Source: Daphnia carinata | Lineage: Eukaryota | Direction of reading: 5' to 3' | NCBI RefSeq assembly: GCF_022539665.2 | Contig: NC_081333.1 | Coordinates: 496,001 to 560,000 of the forward strand | DNA length: 64,000 nucleotides | In this document: positions 50,501 through 64,000 of the stretch, one piece after another | How the letters are laid out: each line of letters begins with the position of its first letter | Position numbering within the stretch: position 1 is the stretch's first letter | Program-made: the position numbers and the translations under genes | The notes under the pieces: model-generated | The model's database searches: none | What the model was told of the DNA's origin: nothing | What the model saw: the letters and a program-made list of their open reading frames with translations, nothing else

Positions 50501-53500
50501 TAGATAGCACTGAATGATTTCCACCACGATTGGGACTCGGTTCACGACTCGTATTACTACTTCGAGGTCCACGTGGTGGTGTGGCGTTAGCTACCATTCC
50601 ACTACTGGACAAACGCCTTGGCCGACCTAGTGTTGAACTTTCTACATGTCGAACAGGTGTTCCAGACGGATCGTATGTCTTGTAAGAATATCTGGATGAT
50701 GGCGAACCTGATCGGCTTCCGGCTATTTAACCATTTCAGAATACAAATGCAATTTTAGGAAAATGTGCTTTGAAAAGCCCTGGCCGAGTGTTGCCAAAAT
50801 ACATACGTTGAGACTGTGAAGATCCCGAAGTTCTTGAGCGAGTCCTAGAATTCCGATGATCAGGGGATGTAACGGAGCGAGGATCCGACGAATTGCTATC
50901 TTTTTTGGATGGTGCTGATTTTTTCGCCAATGAATTTGCATCGCCATCATTTATAGATGAAAAAAGAAATAAAATTTAAAACGAAAATTCGGAGATGTCA
51001 AATTTCAAAGTAACTTACGCAATGGAGCAACGTAACCTCCTCTAATGTTACGCACGGCTCGATTTGCCGCCTGCAAATCGATGGCACTATTTGAACGCAT
51101 ACCAGTAGGGACCGCTGATCCGTTAGCCGTGCCAGGTCGTGCACCGTAACTTGGCATGCCAACTTTTCTTGGCGGGATTCCAGGGAGTCTACTTAAATTC
51201 TCAGAAGAGCCAACTTTTAACCTTGGATGAACCGGAAGCGATGCAGGACCCGAGTTGGCATTTGTCGGTGGCCGAGCAAGTCCAGCTGATTGTAGTGAAT
51301 GGCTTGAACTGGAATTAGAGAGGCTTGCCTCTCCATATAATAATTTCTGGTATGAGAGATCCAACGAGTGAAGTAATGCATCAGCTTGAGCAGGGAAATG
51401 GGAAGCAAATCCCCCGTAGGCCCTGAAAATGACGCGACAGAAAATGAGTTAAATAAATACGACGAATGATAATAAAATGAAGAAAGTTAAAACTTAAAAG
51501 CGGCAACACTAAAACAGAAATTAATGGCGCTTACTTTCTGGAAAATGCACGAGCATCCGGATCTGCATCTTTGATACCGTTGCTTACAGCACTCTGAATG
51601 AGGGCGACATGTTTTTCAAGAATGTGTGTGGGCCACGTATGCAGGAGTTGATCTAAAAATTCACACATGGCACGGCGGATATCCTTGGATTTGGAAGTCA
51701 TGTGATTAGTTAAAATAGGGATCAATCGAGCACTGTGAGTGTGTGCAATGATGAAGCGAATACAAACAGTGCCAGCTGTAGCCATGATCTGTAACAGAAG
51801 CGTTATCCATTAGTACGATCTGATGCATCGATATCCAATAAGTACGCGCCAAGAAGAGAACAGGTAAAGCTTCTTACCTTTGCACTGTTTGGAATCAACA
51901 AAATTAATGGATTCAATAAAGCTTCCGCAAAATGGTCCAATTTATTTTGTAGCTGTTGTGACATATACGCGATTGACACGCATGCTTCTCGGACAACCTG
52001 TGATCTACGAGGAAAGAAGCGAAATTTCGTATTTAAAAGCAAACATTTTTTTTGTGTGTTTTCACAATATTTTTTTTTTACCTTAGATCTTTCACGCTGG
52101 TTACAAAAGCTGTTTCCAAAAGACGAATATGCTGAAACAACTCATCGTAGTTGGCTGCACCAGCTATCAGCAGAGACCGTATCTTTTTTAACTGCGATGC
52201 GAATAAAAAAAAAACGGGATGGTAAACTACAAATCCTGAAATGCACTGGGTGAAATCTGTTTTACTCACTGTTTCGGCACGTTTAGCCCAATCGTTATTA
52301 GGGTCTTGGATAATTGTTCTCATGCTGACCAGATGCTCTTCCATTTCTTTGGCTGAGTAGATCTGAATTTTGGGTACGTCTTCAAAGGCTCTCATGAATG
52401 TTTCTTCATCCATCCCGCCTCCTGCCGCCGGACCTAATAATACAGAATTAGCTGTACATCCCATAGATAATAAAAACAACCAAACACTACGTTTGAAAAT
52501 TGTACACGGCAGGCGTATAATAGTACAAATACGAATAATTTTCTGCTCGATTAATTAGGTAATTAATCTTTTAAAGTAATAAAAAAAATACAATCAATAC
52601 TTGTACCAGCAACAGATGATGTGACTCCTTTACTTAGGGGTGGCGCCATTAATTTCCGTACGGCGGGGGCACTGGTAGCTCTTTTGGAACCGGTCATTAA
52701 CTGCATGTTATGAAATGAGATTTAGCATTGTGATTTTAGGACATTCGCTTTATCGTGAAAAAAAAAAAAAAAAAAAAAAAAAAAAACGCGAAAAGTATTC
52801 TTGGACAAGGGTAAGATGACCCCCATTTGATTTCCCTTTTATGGCGCAACTATGGAATATAATCTACACTCGTTTAAATTCTTCTAAAAATGCAATTCAT
52901 ATTTGGAATACAATAAAATAACTTAAATTCCCCAGGTAGAGATGCAAAACCTTCGTCAATAATATAAAAAGAAATAACTGGATTGTTGATTGGAATTCTT
53001 GATTAACATCCGCAATTTTATCCCTGTTAAAAATTCGAATTCTTGTTCTCTTTTTTTCCGCCCAAAACTAAATCTTTTACCAGTTTATCGCTTTTGAGAA
53101 TTCAAAACGTTTTATCTCATGAATAACTCAGAATCGAGCACCCAAGGCAACGGAGCTTACAGCTTTCTAGTCGACGATAAAACGCACAAAAGCCAAAGCA
53201 ATTTGGTCTTCACGCAAGAAAGTTATGATTTTGCATACTTGAGTGACGACTTTCATTCCCCATTTCCACCTATTGCATCCCTTCCGTCACCATTCACGAC
53301 GAAATGTCGAATACAACAAAGAGAATGGCAAACACCATTATGTTACATTTGAAAAGGCAATCTTCTTTTCAAACGAGATGGATATTTTCCGTTTATGGTG
53401 AAGGAGGAACACCTACAAGGTTACGGCGAAAACTGCCAGACGTAACAAATGACAAAATGGAACTTACCAAAGAGCGGTCTGGTTCATCTTCCGTTGGTTT

Positions 53501-56500
53501 GGCAATACCTACAAACATAATTAGTTTAGAAATGATAAAGAAAAACATGTTATAACAATACATTAAGTACTTGACAACGTTACTCTAAGGGACTACCGAT
53601 AGGAGTTCAATTATATCCCGCATTATTCGAAAAATGTTCGGTATCGCGCAATCAACACGAGTCGACGACTCATTAGTTACAAGTGATGTTTAGAGATTCG
53701 TAGCACGTTCGGGTTTTGCATTACCTTTTCAGGTTTGAAATCGAAATCATACGTACGTAAGCGAACACTCAGCCTTTCTCACTCGTTAATGTCGGGCGTA
53801 TCCAGTACATTAATCTAAAACCTGTACGTGAGGAAATGACGAAGCTTCACGTGACCTTCACTGTAACTAAATCGGTGGAAGGAGCGGTGAACGGGAATGT
53901 TGTTCTCTATGATGAGTTCACCGTCGCACCCAAAGTTTTAAAACTTTCTCTTAGAGATAAAAAAAAAAATCAAATACTAACAAAGCATCGCCTGCAGCTG
54001 CACCATGACTTGGTATGCAGCATCACTGATGTTTTCCTCCCAGAGCTATCTTTACTGTTAGCAGCAGACTAACAACTAACGTTCCGTATCCCAAGCGGTA
54101 TTATCACAGAAAATAACTTTTACCTTTCTGGCTGCATTAAAAGCCATTTGAAAGATGTGTGACGAAATACAAGAAAAAAAGATAAAAACTGCGGCGCCTA
54201 TGACATTCTCTTTGGGAATAAACTATTCGATAAAAAAAAATGCAGACACGGCAGCCCTATTATCGATATTGTCCAAACAAACGGGAGATAAAAAGAGGCA
54301 CCAGATAGGACGACCTAATCAGGTTGCTTTCCGTTATGAAAAGCAAATAACCCAAAAACGGTAATGTTAGCTCTTGTAAAGGGGAGCTCGCTTCACACGT
54401 TCGCAACACATTAATAGCAAGAATTGTTGAAAAAAAAATTTTTACCAGGGTGTTCAGCACTCAGTTGTCGGTTGTAACATGGAGGCAAGGACTTTGATTC
54501 AAGCAAATTGTCATAACGCATAATCCACTCGGTATCTGGGCCCCAATCAACATCCGAACGGGATAACGACCACTTTCGAAATCGAAGACTAGATTTTTGA
54601 CTGCTGATAGGAGACAACCCGAATTGACGTTGAATATTAGCTTGGGCTAGGCGGTTCTGTGTTTCGTATGACATCTGTAACGAAAATTTTTTTATCGGTG
54701 TTGGCCTCCTGTCCGGTATCAAATAGGTAGGGAACCGTTCATCGCTGCCACTATCCAGGCTCTGATGTCGGACTAATACAGGAATTTTAGCACTTGCGAT
54801 AGCGGTAGAAGACGGCTGTTCGTTCTTCGTGCAGTCTGTCGGTTGGTCTGATAATAAAGGGGCCATCTGACTAGTGTCCACACAGATAGGCTGTGATGTC
54901 GGAAATTTAATAATAGTTTCTGATGGTAATATTCCATTGAAGTCTATATCAACGTCACTTGTGGTTGAAGGCTGTGTTTTTGTTTCTGAGTCGCACATGG
55001 TGTTGTTTGACAGTTAAAAACTTCGATCTCCTGCACTGTTTCTAACGACGTAAATTAAGCACCGGTGAATTTTTCATCATTTCCGTCGACCTTTCGTCGA
55101 AAACGGAAAGAAACGATTGAGAAAGAAGACATCTTCTCTACACGGGGAAGAGCATTTGACTAGCAACCGCTGTCTGTGAGTTCTAGCAGTCGACTGAACG
55201 ATTGGTCACCTGACCAGCAAAAGTGTTATGCTAAACTGTGCTGTGTAACGAGATAAGATGTCTTACTATTTTAATCAATTTTTCGGAGCCGCACAGCTTT
55301 GACTATTTCAAACACCCGTGTTTTTGCTTGCGTGGAATGCGAAATTCCATCTGGACAAAATGGCAATTTACCGGAAAACCAGCAACAAAGGAACTTAAAT
55401 TCAACAACGCCATCTGTCGAGGTACAGTACTTACAGGAAATGGAAAATTGTAAAAAGTGCCCACGTCTTCACAAACAATTAAATCATTAAACCCTTAGAT
55501 TGAAAACGGCCACTCTTCTCTAACGTTTGTTTGTTAGTAAAACGGAACTAACTTGTTACCAGTTCTTACTTTGGGAGGAAAACATAACAATTTAAATTGT
55601 TTTGCGAAGAATCAAAGCGCGAAGGAAAAAAAACAGTAGACTATTTAAGCGCGAGGATAGCCATTCTAAATAATGAATTGAAAAGTTGACTTACCATCAA
55701 GCGAAAGCACAGCAGTCGGTAGCATATCTCCCGCGTCCCGAACTTCATCAAATTTCGCGAGCAGTACGTTCAATCTATCAAACAGAAACATGTTCAGCTA
55801 TATTAAAGAAAACCAAGGATCGTTATAAAAAAAAAAATTCCAACAGAATGGCATTGAACTTGTCAAAAGCGAACTCTTGAGAACGTTGACATATTGGCTT
55901 CTCATTGTAGGGTATTTCCAACTGACACACTTACTTGGCAGGTGGGACGTTTCCTCGCTTTTCTAAATCAGCGCGAACCTTTTCACCAACATGTCGGTAA
56001 ATTTCAACTAAAGTCTGAAATGCTGCATCCCGAACAGCAGGCGTTGGATCGCTAAGACATTTCACTATGGATGGCACAAGCTTATTCAGCGACAGAGAGC
56101 AACTCCCATACCTTTAACACGTTGGTGATAGTAACGATTAAAATTTGAATGTTAGTAATTTTATATCTTTAATTGAAACTTACGAATTTAAGGTGATGAC
56201 CAATATTTTGTGAATTTCTTCTCTTACTTTATTATTTCTATGAACAAAAGCAGAGAGTAAACGTTCCCATAAGAGCTGGGGCTGTATGCTCCATTCCATT
56301 AACTTTAAAATGAAATCTTCGGCTTTTTCACGAACCGAGTCCTTTGAATCGCCTAAAGTAAAAAATTTAAACCAGAAACTGTGATTACAAAACGCAATGA
56401 ATGAAGAACGACATCTATATATACGCCTATTACATGGCAATATGCTAAAGCAAATAATCAAAATTACATTGTGAACGCCAAACTGACGAAAATTGTGTAA

Positions 56501-57055
56501 AAATAATGACGAGTAAACGATAACTGGATCATTATTGCGTGCATACCTAATCGATCAATCACGGCATGAAGAATCGTCTGAATATACGGCCGAAAGTCCT
56601 CTTTCAGCCTATTCACAAGAAGACTTAAAACTTCCAGCCCATTTTGACATACCTGCATGTAAAAAAATTCACTTGAATGCTGAGTTTTCATCCACACGCA
56701 CATTCTGAGTAAAATGGTAATATTCACAATGTTATGATAATGTACGAGTTACCAACAGCAAAGCAGGTCAATTAAATAAATTAGGTTCTTATATTAATCT
56801 TTTTTATGACATGTGGTACATTAGATGTTAACTTATAAAAACACTTATAGTTGTTAATAAAAGAAGCAATAATATCACCTTAAAGTTGCTGTTGTTGATC
56901 CATGAAACAAGGCCATCAATAAACAAACCAATATCTTCACATTTTGGAGGGTTATCAGGTGAAGTAAGGTAGGTGATAATGTCATCACCAATCAAAATCT
57001 TTTTCCTAACATCAGTAGTCCCCAGTAATGGTAAAAATAAATCCAAGTTGGACAT
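47580..57055 (-). CDS. CLASP: CLIP-associating protein (CLASP/Orbit/MAST), multi-exon
   Basis: TOG1 MSNLDLFL..WINNSNFKV, DRLGDSKDSVRE; TOG2 SVKDLRSQVVREACVSIAY..LIPNSAK.MATAG; Ser/Arg linker SQRSRPGSRSGSP-like region ~50700-50900; TOG3 CSSTHWSERKEGL; C-terminal DHAESIVRKAAVFCIV..SKMKLINVYIQRA. Confidence 0.96.
54445..54998 (-). CDS. Probable alternative first coding exon of CLASP (TOG1-less isoform)
   Basis: ATG-started ~184-codon frame inside a CLASP intron ending GAA CAC CCT G|gtaaaa (phase 1), the same phase as the constitutive donor near 55695 and the next exon 53468-53508. Confidence 0.6.
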
Positions 57056-57861
57056 TTGTCTGGTGTTCTCAAATCCTATAACAGGAATAGAAGTTAAAAA
57101 AATTTTAAACAAATAAATAAATAAGCAATCCACGACAACCAAATTTCAGACAATAACATCTACTGCCATAAAAAATTTAGCATCTCATTACGTTTCTTTT
57201 CTTTCACTAGATAAAGAACTTAATAACTTACAGTTGAAGGAAGGCATATTTATCTTGATTCAGTTAGAATTTGTTTTGTAATATGCCACACCTGACAGTG
57301 CCAACAGAACATCAAAGCTTATAATTCATTTTTGACAGAATGATATACTACTTGCGCCTATTGGACAATTTAAGACAAAACGAATTGCCGTGAACAGTCC
57401 AACTGAACGAAGACAAAATGGTAATTCTATCGTTACGAGAAATACATCCAGTTGTGCGGTTTATTTCTTGTTGTGTAAAATGGCTCCAGTTCACCATTTT
57501 GTCTACGTTAAATTGTAGATTATGGAGATAAATACTTGCATCAATCTATAGTTTAAAACATCCAGCGAAGACGACGTAGTAAAGATAGATTTAGCCGTGA
57601 AGAAAGGTCGTTACAATTATGACGTCCAATCTCCAAACAATTTTCTGCTTAGATTGATGCGGCAAAAAGTGAAAATATCTCTGCTGTTTCGCTGCTAGTA
57701 CACGTTCAATGTTGCCAAACTGTTTTAAAACACCAGAAAGACAACACTAATAAACATGGGAAGTTAACAATTACAAGACCATGAGAATGGTTCATGGGGT
57801 GCGCACAATAACAGTCATGGAATCCGTACCAGATTTTAACAAAGATCCCGATTTAAACGCT

Positions 57862-57869
57862 TATCGATA
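57862..57869. promoter_or_regulatory. DRE-like palindrome in the CLASP / AMPK-beta divergent promoter
   Basis: TATCGATA between the two ATGs (57055 and 58460). Confidence 0.45.
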
Positions 57870-58459
57870 GAGTCATACAACTTTATTTGCAAATCACATG
57901 TAGTCCCCATCGAACGTCCCTCGCGGGCGTAACGCTATGGCACCTTTTCATCTAAAAAGAGTTTGGGTGACAGCGCCCGTGGTGACTATGTAGCGCAGCG
58001 GACCACAAGAGATCGGCCTTCAAGCTTCAACAATCCAGAACGTGCTATAACATCCTAAACAGTAACGCTAGAGGTCTCCGGATGTCGGTTATTTCTGCAA
58101 ACCCCATCTTGATTATGAAAATATGTAGTATTGCATGCTACATAATAACAGCTTAGTGTAAAAAAATTTCTATAAAAATTTCTTTCTTATGATCAGTCTT
58201 GCAACGTTAATTGAAGAAGCAACCAATAACCAATTCGTTCGTGCGCAAAGTAAAACGTTTAAGTTTAAATCTGGTATTTGAATTTCTTCATTTTATGTTA
58301 ATTCCTATAGATAGAGTGAACCCCTAAGGTGGTCAATCTTTTAGTCTTGGAATCTCCAGTATTCTTGTAGCCAATAATAAACTAGTTAGATGATTTAATA
58401 CTTTGTTCTAATTATGTTTTTAAATAACCATTTTGATTTCCCAAAATCTTAGCTGAGCA

Positions 58460-59795
58460 ATGGGACAAGCAAATAGTTCACGAGAACGTCATAAATCTGG
58501 AGAAATTCAACCTTGTTCTCCAGGTAAAGATGGACAAGCATTTGTTTTTGATAAGAAGCCAAACAAACTTCTGTATCAGACCTCTGGAGAAGATGAAGAT
58601 TATCTTAACAGCCAAAGTATGTAACTGGTGCATTGAGCCTTTTCTTAATGCTTAATTTTACAACAACAATAAAAATTTCTCTTGTTTGCTTAGGGTTTTG
58701 AAATATCTGGCACACCAGGAAGTATAGATTACAATCATTCAGCACTAAATCCTTCCCATGAAGATAATTTTGGGATTGAAGAAAGCTCTCCTAAAGTTCT
58801 TCCGACTGTTTTCAAGTGGGATGGTGGTGGTAAACAAGTTTATATTACTGGTACCTTTTCAAACTGGAAAACAATCCCTATGGTTAAGAGGTAAGTGGCA
58901 CTTACAGGTGGAAGAATGTCATGATAAAGTAGCAAATAATTTATACAGCCATGGAGATTTTGTGACAATTGTTGATCTACCTGAAGGAGAACACCAATAC
59001 AAGTTTCTGGTTGATGGGGAGTGGATGCATGATCCAACTGAGGTAATAAATATAGATTCATAAAAAATCTAATTACTCTGGATGAAAGATGAGCTTTAAA
59101 AAAATTTCTCTTTTAGCCTGTTACAGATAATGGAATCGGATCGAAAAACAATGTACGTCATAAATTAATAGTCCACACACTTTCGATTAAATAATTTTTT
59201 ATATTGCTGGTCATGTTTCATAGATTATTTCAGTAAAGAAATCGGATTTTGAAGTTTTCGATGCTTTGGATATAGACAGCAGTACTGTTTCAGGGTCTCA
59301 AGGTTCAGGTGAATAATAAGTTCCTAGACAACATGAAGCTTAAACGTCATATAATATGTATTTTTTAATGTGTTGTGGAACGGTCCAACGACAGAAGACT
59401 ATGGTCAAGAAGTGCCGATACCTCGACCACAAGAAAAATTTACGCCTCCAATTCTACCGCCTCATTTGGTAAACACTATTTATTAAATAATGTTTGCCTT
59501 ATTGTATAAGTTTTTCCGATACTTTTACTCATATGCAATCATCGAACGCATCAGCTTCAAGTTATCCTCAATAAAGATACCCCATTATCGGTGAGATTAC
59601 TTTTCTACACTTACGGTGGACTTTCATGAGCATTTCTGTCCTTTGCAGTGCGAGCCTACCTTGCTACCGGAACCCAATCATGTTATGCTTTGTCATTTAT
59701 ACGCATTATCAATTAAAGATGGAGTGATGGTTCTTAGCGCGACTCATCGTTACCGAAAGAAATACGTAACCACGCTTCTTTATAAGCCCATTTAA
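58460..59795 (+). CDS. PRKAB: 5'-AMP-activated protein kinase beta subunit
   Basis: Myristoylation-type start MGQANSS; glycogen-binding module PTVFKWDGGGKQVYITGTFSNW..MVKSHGDF..LPEGEHQYKFLVDGEWMHDP; PPILPPHLLQVILNKDTP..EPNHVML.HLYALSIKDGV..HRYRKKYVTTLLYKPI*. Confidence 0.98.
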
Positions 59796-62700
59796 GGAGG
59801 AAAAAGTTAAGTAATCGAATTCCAACTCGGTTATTCTCCTTGTGTAAATCAAACTGCGTGTGGCTAGATATCATGGTTCTTATTCATTTAGAGAGAAAAA
59901 CTATTCAACTACTTCTACCTATGAAAATATGGTTGAAATGATGTCTTATTATTTACGATTAAGACATTAAAGAGCTTCTCAATTTAGCGCTTTATGTAGC
60001 TATTCGTCGTATAGTTTGTTCCGTTTTACCTAACCCCTGATAATACAGTCAGTCGGACTATCGCCATCTTGAATACATGTGTATACCTAAAATTTTCTTG
60101 ATCGTGGAGTGAAATCTATTCATACCGTTTTGTTTAATGTCGTTGCACAGTTATTAATTAAAAACAAATATGGTTTATACGGTGCTGAAAAGAGCGCTGG
60201 GCATAAAATGCATTTAAAGTTGAAGGCACGACCTTTTGGTCGGGTCAAGTTGTGGAAAAACCTAAAGTTACTTGCTAACCAAACACTAAGAAATAATCTG
60301 TATTCGTCATGAGCTGATCGGTTTCACGAGGCTATTAAAAATGTTTCAACGCATGTTTTTCCCCCACATTGAAAGTTTCGTGATGCTTCAGCGTATCAAC
60401 ATGGTTCCATAAATTAGATCTGGGTTTATTTAAGCTAAAACTACAAAAAAAATGTGTCGTAAGAAATGGCCTAAACATTAAAAAAACACATGTCGCAGAA
60501 GTGAACACGTACGATAAGAGGAAAAAAAATTGCTAACTTTGCTATTAAAGTTTCATAAATAAATGTTGTTTAGTTCGGAAAGAAAAATCGTATTCAGCAA
60601 AAAAGCTATTAGTAATTTGAAATCATTTTTGAAATCAAATTTTTTCTTATTTAAGTCAGATTTCCTTGAAAAATTCAAAAACACGGAATCAGAAACATTT
60701 AACCTGTTGTGTCATATCTTAAAAATGAGCTAACAAGTGATAACAAGGAATACGAGTAAATATGGGACTAAAATTCACTGCAATGGTAATTGGGGACTCC
60801 CTATTCGTTAAGATATTTTCAATCAATCTGTCCGTTTACACATTGTTTACCTGAAGTATGGAAGATAGGTGGGCACATACCAATCGCGCTGTTAAGTAAA
60901 TAATAGCTCAATGTTTAAATAAAGAACAGCGGAAGCTTATCTAGAAAAAGAATTCGTAAGCCAATTTCATTGATAATAATTTATGACTGTTTATTTATTT
61001 TAATACGCCGTGGGCCTTGGACAATTCCCAAAAGTGGAAAAATCGAGTAACGTAAGGCTTGTGGCGTATAATGATTATATGATTTTATATGATGTTGAAT
61101 AATAATATATACGATTTTCTAAAGGATGTCATTGTTAAATAAGAACTGCATTCTCAGAACTATTTGGCCAGATAAAAGTTCAATATGACTCTTTATCAGT
61201 TCCGGTGTTTTGGCTGAGAAAGAAACTTTCGTTTTTAGGTTTCCCCACTTTAAGTTTACGGAAACTTCGCCCTTATGCAGCTTAGTCCCATACATAAAAT
61301 ATTAAAGCTGAAGGTAAAACCGATAACGGACGACTTTGTACTAAACTGAGGTCAACTGTTGAACTAACTCACAACGAACGATCCGGAAGCGCTGTTAATT
61401 CACGAATGGTTCCTTAGAAAACGATTGCAGCCATTCAAAGCTCCAAGCGGTCCCCTTCCTGGAAACTGCGTTAATTTTGTTTGCTGCTACGTGATAAGAA
61501 AAAACGAGGCTTACAGTGAAACAATTTCGAGAGCATATACTGAATAATTGTGCATAAATATGGAAATACATATAAAGCATTGAGGACATTTTACAAGAAT
61601 CCATCTCATTACTAATACTTCATACCGTACAAATGCTCATTGCTTTTTCACACTAACCAAATTTGTTGCATTTCCGAATCTACGCTAACCTCTTGCTATT
61701 GTTTAGTTACTCGATGGTAAATTTGAAAATTGTCTCTGTCCACTTCGTTAAATTGCCTGCGTGTACAAAATTTAGGCCTCAAGGAGAACCAGCCGTGTAT
61801 TTTACAGTACGTTTGGCTTCGCTGCATCCTACACAGCCTCTACCCACCGTAACCGTGTGATTCCAAAGCTTCTTAGGGAAAAAAGGCCATGAGGATTGGC
61901 ACAGAATGTGTGGCAACAATTCCTTACCTAACGTTGCTTAACGCATTTAATTGCATTTCTGGCTGCTTCCATTTAAGGTCCGCTGTCTGTACGATGAGCT
62001 GTACACTTCATGCAGTGAAATCAGGAAAGATTAACTCAAATTCACTAACCTCTACCTCCCCTGACGCCGGTGAATTAATTCACAGACTTTTTTCGCATAA
62101 ACTTATGAAAATTCAAATTTATTCGAAATCTAAAAGAGCAGCTAATGAAGTTTGTCGCAAATTTGAAGAGACAGGTAATTCAAATCCTTTCTGGAGTCGA
62201 TGATTATTTTTTTTTTCAAACCACATTTAGCGAATAAAAAAATATCCATGTAAACAAAACATTTTACTATTGGAAAAAGCAAAAAAAAAAAAATGCCTAT
62301 TCAATGAAAGGGCAACAAGTGAACGCGGTCGTAGCAAGTAGAACTTGGTTGCACGAAAGCCGCAAGCTGCACTTATAATGATTCTCGACCCATTACAATC
62401 GCGTCCCAAAACCTAAGAGATTAGTTAAAGCTTTTTGCCTGTCAGTCCGGACTATCCCTTTAGTAAACGGAAGAAAACCGTCGTATTTTTCAGTACTGAA
62501 CATTGTTCATAGATTAACTGGTTGAAGAAGGGATAGGTGGGGAAATTTTATTGTGCCAAACGGCGTAAATCGCAAATGGCGTACCGCTGTTAGTGAAAAG
62601 TTGATACTTCAGAGCTTCACATTCTTAACATGACTCGTAATGAAAAAAGAAATTTTCCCTTTACGAAACGACCAAACTTTTCGTGTTAAAAGGAGATAGA

Positions 62701-63022
62701 AAAAAATAAAATGCGATCAGATGAATACTTTTTCTACGTTCCTTCGTTTATTTAAAATTATTATTGGAAAGCAAATTCTGTTTATTTTATAATTTTTCGT
62801 TGAAACACATTGGCATGTATGTCCACGAATCACTTCAATTCAACACATAGATCCACGAAGGGAAAAAAATTTTAACTTTGCAAACCAAATTAACTAAGCG
62901 CGATAAACTGAGTGAGTTGCTCGTACAATTTTCTATTGAAATAAAAAATATACATATATTTTTTACAAATAAAATTGTATACGAATATCAAATTTTTTTT
63001 TCATGATTCTATTTTAACCTTC

Positions 63023-63198
63023 TAGATGGCGTTCACGAACTGAACTGGAAGCGATACGCCAACCCTGAGCGCCAAAGCCGGCAAACGGCGGTACCAAGTA
63101 CCAATTTAAGCGCTGGTAGGCTTGGCTTTGGCTTTGAGAGTCTTGTTGAAGTGGTTCTTGCGTGTTCAGTAATCGAAAGTTCCCTTGTCCCGGTAAGT
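63023..63198 (+). promoter_or_regulatory. Possible promoter and non-coding first exon of a downstream gene
   Basis: TAGATGGCG at 63023, GC-rich patch, Inr-like TCAGT near 63167, strong donor GTAAGT at ~63193; no coding exon seen in the window. Confidence 0.3.
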
Positions 63199-64000
63199 TT
63201 TCAATCTATTTCACTTTACATTGTATTAAACTGCACATCGATGTATGTACTTAGTTTTTCAAAGATGTACGTTTCGAGAAATCAACATATTGTTCGAAAA
63301 GAAGTGTCGAAATCTTGCTATTGTTCCCTGCCAAAAAAGAAAAAAGGAAAAAAGGGGGGGGGGAGGGGGTATACACAGACAGTGAAGCAAGTCTATTGCC
63401 CGACAAGCATGGGTGCGTCACATCAGCAGATCGAGGGGAGTAAGAAAAACGGAAAGCACAAAATTGTTTAAAATTTTGCCAGTCTTTTGTTTAAATGGAT
63501 GCCACCTCTTGCTCTTTAGCTAAAGAAATTTCAAATGATGTCGGTGGTTGACACTTTAGTTACATTTCTTTTTGCCCGTGCGTAACTTTTGACGTTTAGT
63601 CAAGTCTTACGTTTTAAACGTAAATGCAAAAAAAGTGTCCAAAATGGCTCCTTTACCTATCTAGCCTCGCGAAGTTGGGCAAAAATCGCTGATAACGGTA
63701 AGGTTTGATTTCGTTAGGACTTGACAGTTGATCAAGCGTGCTAGGAAAAGGTATTTAAAAGTCTCACGACTAGTTTTTTTTGCCGCCATATTTGACCTGT
63801 CACGTGCGCCACTGTTCGAAAGAAAAGGTTTGTCTTATTTATTCTTTACCAAAGCTTATAACAAGACGTAATTTGTGTGCGGGAATGACGGGCGTCATGC
63901 CATAATGTCATCTAGTTTTTGATGATAGCTATCATAACGTAAGCAAAGGTCGAAGAATACATAATGAAACAAACGAAAATCTCGGAACAAGTTGGAATTG

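Noticed and set aside
52758..52786. Poly(A) tract as a retroposon tail
   Set aside because: No recognisable head or target-site duplication; it is a T-rich tract in a CLASP intron.
53979..54030. Cys-rich mini first exon MLHTKSWCSCRRCF (CLASP2-beta-like)
   Set aside because: The donor would be phase 0, incompatible with the phase-1 exon at 53508, and no suitable intermediate exon was found.
59800..63000. Short ORFs downstream of AMPK-beta
   Set aside because: AT-rich, no recognisable domains or consistent splice pattern; likely 3' UTR and intergenic DNA.

Overview
Compact eukaryotic genomic DNA, AT-rich, with many 60-100 nt GT-AG introns. The architecture suggests a small-genome arthropod, probably a Daphnia-like crustacean (inference). 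Ten spliced host genes are recognisable: CEP131 (runs off the left edge), a tandem GPR158-ectodomain protein with no 7TM, RALGAPB, a somatomedin-B/Methuselah-like GPCR, MOSPD2, RAD21, a trypsin-like protease, CWC27, CLASP and AMPK-beta. Several are arranged head-to-head. The standout structure is a ~5.3-kb foldback at 39237-44566, just behind CWC27. It has nested TATGGCAATCCGTTTTAC terminal repeats and two mirror arms. Each arm carries a decaying, intron-containing gene of unknown family pointing inward. A ~360-bp hairpin-rich block is identical between the arms, and three degenerate tRNA-like units sit at the axis. A 1.3-kb element with the same termini (2484-3797) is built as a palindrome of palindromes. 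All alignments and identities were judged by eye, and internal exon boundaries are approximate unless quoted.
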